This document shows, one piece after another, positions 27,338 through 36,429 of a stretch of DNA of 64,000 nucleotides. Origin of the DNA: Clostridia bacterium (GTDB lineage Bacteria; Bacteroidota; Bacteroidia; Bacteroidales; 4484-276); the NCBI GenBank assembly GCA_009928785.1, contig SABY01000001.1:23633-87632 (forward strand), written 5' to 3'. Under the pieces are notes generated by a model, which was not told the origin of the DNA, searched no databases, and saw only the letters and a program-made list of their open reading frames with translations. The position numbers and the translations under genes are program-made. Numbering within the stretch: the stretch's first letter is position 1; each line of letters starts with the position of its first letter.

Positions 27338-27910
27338 ATGGATAACGAAGAAATTTTAAAAGAACCTGTTTACTCGCCTTTTGTACTGGAGTTTCTGGCC
27401 GTGGCGCAGAAGTATTGCCTCTTTATCGAAGACATCGACAAATACAATACTACCGAAATTTTCGACTATATGCACAAAGCATTGCCGCTCCTTTATGTGC
27501 GCGGATCGGTATTACCGGAAGTGGCTCCCGACGACTACGAAGCCAACGAAAAATATGTGACCGAAGAACAATGGCAAAACATCTTTAACGCTTTGCGCGA
27601 AAAGCTGGGAAGCAACGACGAATATTGGTTTAACGAAAACGACAACCCCCTCAACGAATTGATAAAAGGCAGCCTTGCTGATGGATTTACGGATATCTAT
27701 CAGGACATGAAGGACTTCGTGTTGCTGTTTCAAAAACCACTACGCGATGCTAAAAAGGTGGCGGTGTGGGAGATGCGTGAGCTTTTTCAGGCTCATTGGG
27801 GCTTTAGGATTGTAAACTTGCTCAAGGTGCTGCATTATCATATCTATAGCGAAAACCGCCCCCGGCACCTGGCAGATGCTGATGATGTTTCATTGCGCGA
27901 AAGCGAATAA
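27338..27910 (+). CDS. DUF5063-like protein
   Basis: 190 aa; the N-terminal FVLEFLAVAQKYCLFIED block fits my recollection of DUF5063. Weak assignment. Confidence 0.5.
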   Translation: MDNEEILKEPVYSPFVLEFLAVAQKYCLFIEDIDKYNTTEIFDYMHKALPLLYVRGSVLPEVAPDDYEANEKYVTEEQWQNIFNALREKLGSNDEYWFNENDNPLNELIKGSLADGFTDIYQDMKDFVLLFQKPLRDAKKVAVWEMRELFQAHWGFRIVNLLKVLHYHIYSENRPRHLADADDVSLRESE

Positions 27911-27996
27911 GAAATAATCTCCTTTGATAAACCTCAGTGGCGAATCTCCCTCCCGACTTACATTTCTCAACAAGCCCTTACCTATAAAGGCCTCTA

Positions 27997-28140
27997 TTCT
28001 AAATAAGTATTTAGCTACCTAATTGATTGTTAATACATTATTTTAAAATATCTCCGACTTTCTAAATAAGTCATCATCAGGCTGTAATATAGCTTGGGAA
28101 TGATATTTGGGTAATTTTGCAATCTATATTTATTCTAAAT
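27997..28140 (+). promoter_or_regulatory. Three TTCTAAAT boxes upstream of feoAB; the first sits in a perfect palindrome CTAAATA-AG-TATTTAG (27999-28014). Candidate operator.
   Basis: Boxes at about 27997, 28070 and 28133; palindrome read directly. Function is not established. Confidence 0.25.
28112..28119 (+). promoter_or_regulatory. -7 promoter box TAATTTTG upstream of feoAB
   Basis: Exact TAnnTTTG match 46 nt upstream of the ATG at 28165. Confidence 0.4.
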
Positions 28141-28164
28141 TATTGGCTTCCTTCGAGGATCAAA

Positions 28165-30690
28165 ATGAACTTAAGCGAATTAAAACAGGGCGAAAAAGCT
28201 TTTATCTCAAAAGTTAAGGGACGTGGTGCTTTTCGCAAACGCATCACCGAGATGGGCTTTGTGAAAGGCAAGGAGGTGGAGGTAATCCGCAATGCGCCCC
28301 TGCGCGATCCTATCGAATACCGGCTAATGAATTATGATGTATCGTTGCGACGCAGTGAGGCACGCCTGGTGTCGGTGGTTGCTAAAGAATCGCAGGTAAA
28401 TAATGGCAACGGACTTCCTTATGAGGGAACTATCAGCGACGATGCCCTTAAACTTAAAGCTTTCGAAAAAGGCAAGACCATTGATATTGCGCTGGTTGGA
28501 AATCCCAACTCAGGAAAAACCACCATCTTTAATTATGCTTCCCGATCGCGCGAAAAAGTGGGCAACTATGGCGGCGTTACCGTCGATGCCAAAACAGCGC
28601 ATTTCAAACTCGACGGCTACACCTTTAATATCGTCGATTTGCCTGGAACCTATTCGCTTAGTGCCTACACACCCGAAGAGCTGTACGTCCGTAAGCATAT
28701 TCTGGGGCATTTCCCTGACATCGTCATCAACGTTCTCGACGCTTCCAATCTGGAGCGTAACCTCTATCTTACCACTCAGCTCATCGACATGGACATCAAG
28801 GTGGTAGTGGCGCTCAATATGTACGATGAGCTTACTAACAAAGGCGACAAATTCGATTATCGCGAGCTTGGCAAAATGCTTGGGATTCCGTTTGTGCCCA
28901 CCATTGGCTCCAAAGGCAAAGGCATCCGGACGCTCTTCCGCAAAGTTATAGATGTGTACGAAGACCGCGATCCTATCATGCGGCACATCCACATCCATTA
29001 TGGCAAGCCCATGGAACGAGGCATCCGCAGAATACAGGACGAGATTTGGAAAAATAAATCCCTTACTGATAAAGTCTCCTCGCGGTATTATGCTATTAAG
29101 CTGCTCGAAAAAGATGATTCGACGCACTTCTCACTGGGCAAGTTGCCCAACTACGCCGTCATCAGCCGCATTGCCGAGCGTGAAATAGCTGTACTTGAAA
29201 AAGATTTTCAGGACGACACAGAGTCGATGGTCACTGATGCCAAATACGGCTTTATCGCTGGCGCTTTGCGCGAAACATATCACGAAAACCGCCATCGGCG
29301 CAACACGCGCACCGAAACAGAGGTGGTGGACACCTTTCTTACGCACCGCCTTTTCGGATTCCCGATATTTTTGTTTTTCATGTGGCTGATGTTTTACAGC
29401 ACCTTCACCCTGGGCGAATATCCCATGCTTTGGATCGAGGCCGGGTTTGGCGCACTCAATCAATTTGTGAGTACCTACATGACGCCTGGCATGCTCAAGG
29501 ACTTGCTCACCGACGGCATCATCTCCGGAGTGGGCAGTGTGTTGGTATTTCTGCCCAACATTCTCATCTTGTTTTTCTTTATTTCCTTAATGGAAGATAC
29601 GGGCTACATGGCCCGCGTTGCTTTTATCATGGACAGGATCATGCACAAAATCGGCTTGCATGGGCGTTCGTTTATTCCGCTTTTGATGGGTTTTGGGTGC
29701 AATGTGCCGGCCATCATGGCCACGCGCACCATCGAATCGCGCACCGACCGCATCCTCACCATCCTCATCAATCCTTTTATGTCGTGTAGCGCGCGCCTGC
29801 CCGTTTACATTCTTATTATCGGCGCCATCTTTCCGCAATACCCCGGCACCATACTTTTTGGCATTTACGGTTTTGGCATTTTAATGGCTGCACTGGTGGC
29901 AATTATTTTTAAAAAAGTGATTTTTAAAAACAAGGAAGCGCCTTTTGTAATGGAGCTGCCGCCCTACCGTTTGCCCACGCTCAAAGCCATTGTGCGCAAC
30001 ATGTGGTACAAAGGGTCGCAATATCTGCAAAAAATGGGTGGCGTGATATTAATAGCAGTGATCCTGATATGGGCTGCCGGTTATTTCCCTCTCCACAGCG
30101 AGCGCATGGAGGCTTTCGATCAGCAGATTGCCCAGGTGCAAAATGAATACAACGATCAAATCGCCGACGTGAATCCCGCCGAAGATGCTGATCAGGTGGT
30201 GCATTTGCAGCAAACCATGCAATTAGAAACCGGTCTTTTACAACAGCAAAAAGCAACCTTTCGTTTACAAAATAGTTACATAGGCATGTTGGGTCACTGG
30301 TTTCAGCCGGTGATAGCGCCTTTGGGTTTCGATTGGAAAATGGGTGTGGCACTTATCACCGGGGCAGCAGCCAAAGAAATTGTGGTAAGCACCATGGGGG
30401 TTTTGTACCAGGATTCTGACGGAGGGACGACCAACCATACGCTTTCGCAAAAGATTCAGCACCAGCGCTACACCGCCGGCCCGCTCCAAGGCCAGCCTGT
30501 GTTTACTCCTGCCGTGGCGTTGGCGTTTTTGGTTTTTGTGCTAATATACTTCCCGTGTATAGCTGTAGTATCGGCGGTTAAAAAGGAAACAGGCGGCTGG
30601 AAATGGGCTTTGTTCCTGGCCGGCTACACCACGGTGCTGGCCTATGTGCTGGCGTTTTTCACCTATCGCATTGGGTTATTAATATTTTAA
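28165..30690 (+). CDS. feoB: Ferrous iron transporter, FeoA-FeoB fusion
   Basis: N-terminal FeoA-like SH3 domain (LSELKQGEKAFISKVKG). G-domain motifs GNPNSGKTT, DLPGTYS and NMYD, followed by a polytopic membrane domain. ATG verified at 28165. Confidence 0.9.
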   Translation: MNLSELKQGEKAFISKVKGRGAFRKRITEMGFVKGKEVEVIRNAPLRDPIEYRLMNYDVSLRRSEARLVSVVAKESQVNNGNGLPYEGTISDDALKLKAFEKGKTIDIALVGNPNSGKTTIFNYASRSREKVGNYGGVTVDAKTAHFKLDGYTFNIVDLPGTYSLSAYTPEELYVRKHILGHFPDIVINVLDASNLERNLYLTTQLIDMDIKVVVALNMYDELTNKGDKFDYRELGKMLGIPFVPTIGSKGKGIRTLFRKVIDVYEDRDPIMRHIHIHYGKPMERGIRRIQDEIWKNKSLTDKVSSRYYAIKLLEKDDSTHFSLGKLPNYAVISRIAEREIAVLEKDFQDDTESMVTDAKYGFIAGALRETYHENRHRRNTRTETEVVDTFLTHRLFGFPIFLFFMWLMFYSTFTLGEYPMLWIEAGFGALNQFVSTYMTPGMLKDLLTDGIISGVGSVLVFLPNILILFFFISLMEDTGYMARVAFIMDRIMHKIGLHGRSFIPLLMGFGCNVPAIMATRTIESRTDRILTILINPFMSCSARLPVYILIIGAIFPQYPGTILFGIYGFGILMAALVAIIFKKVIFKNKEAPFVMELPPYRLPTLKAIVRNMWYKGSQYLQKMGGVILIAVILIWAAGYFPLHSERMEAFDQQIAQVQNEYNDQIADVNPAEDADQVVHLQQTMQLETGLLQQQKATFRLQNSYIGMLGHWFQPVIAPLGFDWKMGVALITGAAAKEIVVSTMGVLYQDSDGGTTNHTLSQKIQHQRYTAGPLQGQPVFTPAVALAFLVFVLIYFPCIAVVSAVKKETGGWKWALFLAGYTTVLAYVLAFFTYRIGLLIF

Positions 30691-30701
30691 AAACATTGAC
30701 A

Positions 30702-30872
30702 ATGATGGTACAGGAATTTCTCACATATCTCATCTTAGCAGCCACCTTTATTATAATGGTGGTAAAAATGGTTCGTTTTTTTTCCCAAAAAGAGGCCTCA
30801 GCCTGCAGCAGTTGTTTTCAGGCGAAGGGAAGCTGCAAGGTGGCTCATCTCAAAAGAGTTGTCCACCATTAA
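30702..30872 (+). CDS. FeoB-associated Cys-rich small membrane protein
   Basis: 56 aa with one TM (LTYLILAATFIIMVV) and then a CSSC...C cluster, immediately after feoB. Confidence 0.6.
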   Translation: MMVQEFLTYLILAATFIIMVVKMVRFFSQKEASACSSCFQAKGSCKVAHLKRVVHH

Positions 30873-30963
30873 GCTGTTTCTGTAAAAGAAGTGCTTCCTA
30901 AAACCAACTTTTTCTGCTTTCGGATGCATAAAGCTGTATTTTTGGCAAAAAATAAAATGCGCC

Positions 30964-31356
30964 ATGTATCAATACATCAATACCAATAGCAAATACATCA
31001 GAGAGCTACAAGAGTTTAGTCCGGAAATGGTGGTCGAAATTGCTGCTATGTTTCCACACGAATACAACAAATATTTGTCGTTGGTCGAGGAGGGGATAGC
31101 TGCTGCTGATGTCGAAATGATCCTGCTCGGTGTGCATAGTCTGAAATCGAATCTTAAGATTTTTATCGACGAACAGCACGAAATCATTCAATACATGCAG
31201 CAAATAGAAGCCCAACTGCGGAGCCAAATAGAAGCCCGCAAAGATTTACATTCTGTTACTGATGCGATCGACTTTAAAGAAATACCCCTTCAGTTGGAGC
31301 AACGGCTGCGGGAGCCAATGAAGGAAATTGCCCATTTTGCCGCTCAGCCGCATTAG
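30964..31356 (+). CDS. Hypothetical protein, possible Hpt-like four-helix protein
   Basis: Block LLGVHSLKSNLKIF resembles the Hpt HxxKG motif. The domain call is weak. Confidence 0.4.
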   Translation: MYQYINTNSKYIRELQEFSPEMVVEIAAMFPHEYNKYLSLVEEGIAAADVEMILLGVHSLKSNLKIFIDEQHEIIQYMQQIEAQLRSQIEARKDLHSVTDAIDFKEIPLQLEQRLREPMKEIAHFAAQPH

Positions 31357-31365
31357 TTGCAATTA

Positions 31366-32400
31366 CTATTTCAATGTATCCAGCCTGTTTAGCGCTTCGA
31401 TAGCTTTTTGGTAATTACTTGTTTTTTCTAGTGCCGTGCTATAGTCGGTGCGCGCCATGTCGGTTCTCCCCATTTGCTCGTAACTGAAGCCACGGTTGTA
31501 ATAAGCCTCCGTGTAGTTGGGCGCCAGCATGATAACCTGCGTAAAATAATCGGCTGCGGTGGCAAATTCTTTTAGATACACCAAATGTATGTAGCCCAGA
31601 TTGTAAAGTGCCGGAACATAATCGGGGGCTATCTCCAATATGTTTTTGTAGGTAGTGATGGCGCTTTCAGTTTTTCCGTTTTCCTGAAAAAACAAACCAA
31701 GCTGATAATAGGGTTCTATCATGCCGGGGTGCAGGCCGATGGCATTGCTTAGGTAGCTTACCGCAATGGGATTTTTTTGGGTGGCAAAAATGATTCCTAA
31801 CTGAAGCTGTGCCTCAAAATATTCCTGATCCTGGTCTAAGGCTGTCTGCAGACTGCGGATGGCGGCAGTAGTATCGCCTTGTTCGAGCTGCCCGATGGCT
31901 GCTACAAAATATGCCTGCGGATTGATGCCGTCAAGGTCGAGCAGTTGCGTAAGGGTAGCGCGGCTTTTTTCGTAGTCGCGCATGATGAGGTAAAGCTGGG
32001 CTTTTTTGAGCAAAGCCTCACGGCTCTCAGGATTCAGACGAAGCGCCTTATCGAGTGCTTCCAGGCATTTGTCAGGATTGCCGGAGGTAAGATACGCATC
32101 CGACAAGGTGATGTAATGGTTGGCATTATTCTCGTCGATGCTAATGGCGATGAGAATATCGCGCAAAGCACTATCCACATTATTTATCGAAAGATAGTAG
32201 TCGGCGCGGTTGATATAAACGGCGTCGTCGTTGGCATTCGTAGCAATGGCTTTATTCAATGCCATCAAAACTGTATCGACATTTACTTTATCCGACGTGC
32301 CGGTTTGTTGGCGCGAATTTTCGGTATTGCATCCGCTTGCAGCAAAAAACAAAGCTGCGATAGCCACCATGGCTATTTTTTTTAATAAATTTTGTTTCAT
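31366..32400 (-). CDS. TPR repeat lipoprotein
   Basis: Lipoprotein signal IAALFFAASGC followed by about 8 TPR-like repeats (..AIxxxPxxAxAYxxxG..). Confidence 0.8.
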   Translation of the reverse strand: MKQNLLKKIAMVAIAALFFAASGCNTENSRQQTGTSDKVNVDTVLMALNKAIATNANDDAVYINRADYYLSINNVDSALRDILIAISIDENNANHYITLSDAYLTSGNPDKCLEALDKALRLNPESREALLKKAQLYLIMRDYEKSRATLTQLLDLDGINPQAYFVAAIGQLEQGDTTAAIRSLQTALDQDQEYFEAQLQLGIIFATQKNPIAVSYLSNAIGLHPGMIEPYYQLGLFFQENGKTESAITTYKNILEIAPDYVPALYNLGYIHLVYLKEFATAADYFTQVIMLAPNYTEAYYNRGFSYEQMGRTDMARTDYSTALEKTSNYQKAIEALNRLDTLK

Positions 32401-32527
32401 CTCTCTCTTTTAAATAAACACTTATCCCGCCATCAACGCTGACTCTGCAAAAGTCTTAAATCTGAAACCTCCTATTAGATTAGAATTTTTGGCAGTGCTG
32501 ACTTTTTGAATGACGTTAAGATCATAA

Positions 32528-32926
32528 TCAGGATACAATATCTGTTTTAAAATCGCTGTTGCAATCTGCACAATGATAGGTTTTGCTAATATTATTTATG
32601 GGAATAGTATGCAATGCTGAAATTAAAATGAAAAACATCTTTGAAAGTTTTTTGCTTCCAAGACTATATTTGATATTTGTGGAATTGCAGAACGGACAAG
32701 AAAGCGGCTCATCCTGATCAGGAAAAATGATAGAAGCAGCCTTTTCCAAATCGTTTTCATCTACCAGAACCTGAACCCCCGAACCAAGCATGTTATTAAA
32801 ATGAGGTAACAGGGTGGTGATGTTTTGATTGGTGAGGATACACGGAATCCCCTCATTTTCGAGATGCCCCTTGATAAGCGCTGCTTCTTGAATATTCTGA
32901 CACGTTGTTAGCCTGATGGTCTTCAT
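32528..32926 (-). CDS. DUF2007-like protein with C-terminal zinc-ribbon/TM segment
   Basis: N-terminus EAALIKGHLENEGIPCILTN...VQVLVDENDLEKA (DUF2007 pattern), two CxxC-like pairs (CPFC, CADC) and a hydrophobic segment. ATG verified at 32926. Confidence 0.55.
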   Translation of the reverse strand: MKTIRLTTCQNIQEAALIKGHLENEGIPCILTNQNITTLLPHFNNMLGSGVQVLVDENDLEKAASIIFPDQDEPLSCPFCNSTNIKYSLGSKKLSKMFFILISALHTIPINNISKTYHCADCNSDFKTDIVS

Positions 32927-32960
32927 ATTAAATAATTCCCAACCCAAAAAGAATTAGGTT

Positions 32961-33974
32961 CTATTTAATAGCCTCACGGATTTTTGCTTCCAGTTCGTCG
33001 GCAAGCTCGGGGTTGTCTTCGAGGAGTTTTTTCACCGCATCGCGTCCCTGTCCAAGTTTGGTATCGCCATAGCTATACCATGAGCCACTTTTTTTGATGA
33101 TATTTTGTTCGGCGCCCAGGTCGATAATTTCGCCCAGTTTGGAAATGCCTTCTCCATAGATAAGGTCGAATTCGGCGCTGCGGAAAGGCGGAGCAACTTT
33201 ATTTTTAACCACCTTCACACGAACACGGTTACCGCTAATTGTCTCGGTATCTTTAATTTGCCCGGTGCGGCGTATGTCCAGACGGACAGAAGCATAAAAC
33301 TTCAATGCGTTGCCGCCGGTGGTGGTTTCGGGGTTGCCGAACATGACACCAATTTTTTCGCGCAGTTGGTTTATAAAAATACAGATCGTACCGGTTTTGC
33401 TAATGTTGGCAGTAAGTTTACGCAGCGCCTGCGACATGAGCCTGGCCTGCAAACCCATTTTCGAGTCGCCCATTTCGCCTTCTATTTCAGCCTTTGGCGT
33501 AAGCGCTGCCACCGAGTCGATTACGATGATATCGATGGCGCCAGAGCGAATTAGGTTGTCGGTTATTTCGAGTGCCTGTTCGCCATTGTCAGGCTGTGAT
33601 ACCAGCAGGTTTTTGGTGTCCACGCCAAGTTTCTCGCTGTAAAATCTATCGAAGGCATGTTCGGCATCGATGAAAGCTGCAATGCCGCCCAGCTTTTGTG
33701 CCTCGGCCACAGCATGGATGGCCAGCGTAGTTTTTCCCGACGACTCGGGGCCATAGATTTCGATTACTCTTCCTTTGGGTAATCCGCCAACGCCCAGTGC
33801 AGCATCCAGCCCGATAGAGCCGGTAGAAATCGTCGCCATATTTTCGATGGGAGCGTCGCCCAGCTTCATAATGGCGCCTTTACCGTAGTGTTTTTCTATG
33901 TTGCCCAGCGTGAGCTGAAGTGCTTGCAGTTTGTCCGCTTTTATCTTGTCGAATTCATCTTTTTCTTTAGCCAT
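32961..33974 (-). CDS. recA: Recombinase RecA
   Basis: Full-length RecA with Walker [10 protein letters not shown] and L2-region conservation. Confidence 0.97.
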   Translation of the reverse strand: MAKEKDEFDKIKADKLQALQLTLGNIEKHYGKGAIMKLGDAPIENMATISTGSIGLDAALGVGGLPKGRVIEIYGPESSGKTTLAIHAVAEAQKLGGIAAFIDAEHAFDRFYSEKLGVDTKNLLVSQPDNGEQALEITDNLIRSGAIDIIVIDSVAALTPKAEIEGEMGDSKMGLQARLMSQALRKLTANISKTGTICIFINQLREKIGVMFGNPETTTGGNALKFYASVRLDIRRTGQIKDTETISGNRVRVKVVKNKVAPPFRSAEFDLIYGEGISKLGEIIDLGAEQNIIKKSGSWYSYGDTKLGQGRDAVKKLLEDNPELADELEAKIREAIK

Positions 33975-34004
33975 GATTTTGATTTTTGTGGTGTTTATAA
34001 TTTT

Positions 34005-34472
34005 TTATTCTTCCTCCATTGCCTGCAAAATCTGCGCAGCATGATCCTTTGTTTTTACCGATGTAATTACTTTTTCAATCTTACCTTGTTCATCTATCAC
34101 ATACGTGGTGCGCAGCAAGCCTTCGTAGCTTTTGCCGTACATACTTTTGGTACCCCAGGCTCCATAGGCTTTTATAACATCCATTTCGGTGTCGGCAAGT
34201 AGCGAGAATGGTAGATTGTATTTTTCAGCAAACTTATTTTGTTTTTCTATGGTGTCGGGGCTTACGCCAATAATTTTGTAACCGCGGCCAAGCAAATCGT
34301 CGTAGTTATCGCGCAGGTTGCAGCTTTCGGCGGTACAACCCGGAGTGTCAGCTTTTGGATAGAAATAGAGTATTACTTTGTGGCCGCGGAAATCTTTCAG
34401 TGCCACCATTTTACCTTCCTGATCTTTTACACTGAAATCCGGTGCTTTGTCGCCTTTATTTAAAAATGCCAT
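34005..34472 (-). CDS. bcp: Thioredoxin-dependent peroxiredoxin Bcp
   Basis: Peroxidatic Cys context YFYPKADTPGCTAESC; 155 aa. Confidence 0.9.
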   Translation of the reverse strand: MAFLNKGDKAPDFSVKDQEGKMVALKDFRGHKVILYFYPKADTPGCTAESCNLRDNYDDLLGRGYKIIGVSPDTIEKQNKFAEKYNLPFSLLADTEMDVIKAYGAWGTKSMYGKSYEGLLRTTYVIDEQGKIEKVITSVKTKDHAAQILQAMEEE

Positions 34473-34549
34473 AGTAGTTTTTATTAAAAATTTAGCAACA
34501 AAATTAATGAAATCATCCGCTTGGCTGGTGGTTTAAGTTTTATTAAGAA

Positions 34550-35194
34550 CTACTTTTTTTGTTGTTGCTGATAATGTTTGCAAATGCTGGCGAGGCCACA
34601 CTGGTCGCATTTGGGTTTGCGTGCCTGGCAGATGTATCGGCCATGCAGGATAAGCCAATGATGTGCCCGCGAAATATATTCTTGCGGAATATTCTGCACG
34701 AGTTGTTTCTCCGTGTCGAGCGGCGTTTTGCTTCGGGTGGTGAGGCCGATACGAGCCGCCACTCTGAAAACATGTGTATCGACGGCCATGGCAGGTTGGC
34801 CAAAAACTACAGAGGCAATTACATTGGCGGTTTTGCGCCCCACACCTGGCAGCTTTTGCAGTAGCTCCACATCTGGGGGCACAATGCCTTCAAACTCCTG
34901 TAGGAGCGCAGTGGCCATACCTATCAGATTTTTGGATTTGTTGTTGGGGTAGGAGCAACTCTTGATTAGCTCATACACTTCCTGGTAAGGAGCATCGGCA
35001 AGCGACGGAGCATCCGGAAACCGGTCGAAAAAAGCTGGCGTGATCATGTTAACGCGTTTGTCGGTGCATTGTGCCGAAAGTATTACAGCCACCAGGAGTT
35101 GGTAGGGCGTGTAATATTTCAGCTCGGTTTCAGGTGCTGGCTGGTGCTGCGAAAAATATTCGACAAAGTACTTGTATCTCTCTTTTTTTGTCAA
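34550..35194 (-). CDS. nth: Endonuclease III
   Basis: HhH-GPD motif LPGVGRKTANV and a 4Fe-4S cluster C-x6-C-x2-C-x5-C (CQARKPKCDQCGLASIC). Confidence 0.9.
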   Translation of the reverse strand: MTKKERYKYFVEYFSQHQPAPETELKYYTPYQLLVAVILSAQCTDKRVNMITPAFFDRFPDAPSLADAPYQEVYELIKSCSYPNNKSKNLIGMATALLQEFEGIVPPDVELLQKLPGVGRKTANVIASVVFGQPAMAVDTHVFRVAARIGLTTRSKTPLDTEKQLVQNIPQEYISRAHHWLILHGRYICQARKPKCDQCGLASICKHYQQQQKK

Positions 35195-35281
35195 TGCAAT
35201 TATTTTGTGTGCAAAAATAGAAAAGCCACCCGCTATGGGTGGCTTTTGTTGAAAAATCGTTGCTCTTTTGTTAAGAGTTCA

Positions 35282-35548
35282 TTAATTCAGCATTAGGCTG
35301 AAAGTTCCGGTCCTTTGTGTTTTTATCACAGATAAGGCTCTGGAGTAGTTCAAGATGTTGTTGATGGCACTTTGGCTTGGGCTAACTTTGAGCTTGGCGA
35401 CATATCTTTTAACACGCAGGACTGTATTGAATGTTTTGGAAAGGTTTTCATCAGCCTCAATCATGTTGCGATACTTGTTGTCGCCCGAAAAATCCGGGTC
35501 GCTGTAAGCAAAGAACATCAAATCGTTAAGAGTAAAAGGATTCTGCAT
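35282..35548 (-). CDS. Small hypothetical protein downstream of the sigma factor gene
   Basis: 88-aa ORF, co-oriented with and 80 bp downstream of the sigma gene. No motif recognised. Confidence 0.45.
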   Translation of the reverse strand: MQNPFTLNDLMFFAYSDPDFSGDNKYRNMIEADENLSKTFNTVLRVKRYVAKLKVSPSQSAINNILNYSRALSVIKTQRTGTFSLMLN

Positions 35549-35627
35549 AGGCTATTTTGTTGATGATTGACTCAGTGAACAAAATAGCAAACGAAGCGTG
35601 CGCGCGCTTTATTACATGCCTGCAGAA

Positions 35628-36215
35628 TTACTTGGTCAGTATCACATTCTTTTCTTTGATGAGCTTACGCAGATTGATCAGCGCATAGCGCATACGTCCC
35701 AAAGCAGTGTTAATGCTGACGTCGGTTTGTTCGGCAATGTCTTTAAAACTCATTTCGGAATAGTGGCGCATAAAGAGCACCTCCTTCTGTTCGGGAGGAA
35801 GATATTCGATCAGTTTACGCACATCTTCATGGATTTGGTCGGTGATCATCTTGTCTTCGACGCTGGGATCGGTAAAACGAACCGTGTCGAAAATGTCGAA
35901 ATCATCTTTATCATTTTCTACGATAGGAATGCGCTTCGACTTGCGGAAATAGTCGATGATGAGGTTGTGAGCGATACGCATCACCCACTGGATAAATTTC
36001 CCTTCCTCCTTGTAAGCGCCCGACTTGATGGTGTTGATTACTTTGATAAACGTGTCCTGAAAAATGTCATCAGCAAGCTGTTTATCTTTTACCACCATAA
36101 GAATGTAGGCAAACACCCGGTTTTGGTGGCGATGGATTAACTTTTCAAGACTGTATTGATTACCTTCCAAAAATTGACAAATTAAGTCCTTATCACTTGG
36201 AAATTGAGCTTTCAT
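35628..36215 (-). CDS. RNA polymerase sigma-70 family (ECF-type) factor
   Basis: Region 2 (ADDIFQDTFIKV...WVMRIAHNLIIDYFR) and region 4 HTH (SFKDIAEQTDVSINTALGRMRYA). Confidence 0.85.
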   Translation of the reverse strand: MKAQFPSDKDLICQFLEGNQYSLEKLIHRHQNRVFAYILMVVKDKQLADDIFQDTFIKVINTIKSGAYKEEGKFIQWVMRIAHNLIIDYFRKSKRIPIVENDKDDFDIFDTVRFTDPSVEDKMITDQIHEDVRKLIEYLPPEQKEVLFMRHYSEMSFKDIAEQTDVSINTALGRMRYALINLRKLIKEKNVILTK

Positions 36216-36368
36216 ACGTATCTCCTTTTTATGTTTGTTTCACAAGCGTAATTTTTTTTCGATAATCTCTCTCCTATTTTTGGTTAATACTGCGTTTGTC
36301 TATCAATTGTTTTTTCTTGAAAAGTTGCTGCAAATATAGACAAAAAATAACACCACCAAATTTTCTTT

Positions 36369-36376
36369 TACTTTTG
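36369..36376 (+). promoter_or_regulatory. -7 promoter box TACTTTTG upstream of uvrA
   Basis: Exact TAnnTTTG match 54 nt upstream of the start at 36430. Confidence 0.35.
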
Positions 36377-36429
36377 TTGCCTTTCAAATCGACATTTTTT
36401 ACGGGGCAAAAGCTCCCAAGAATTATGCC

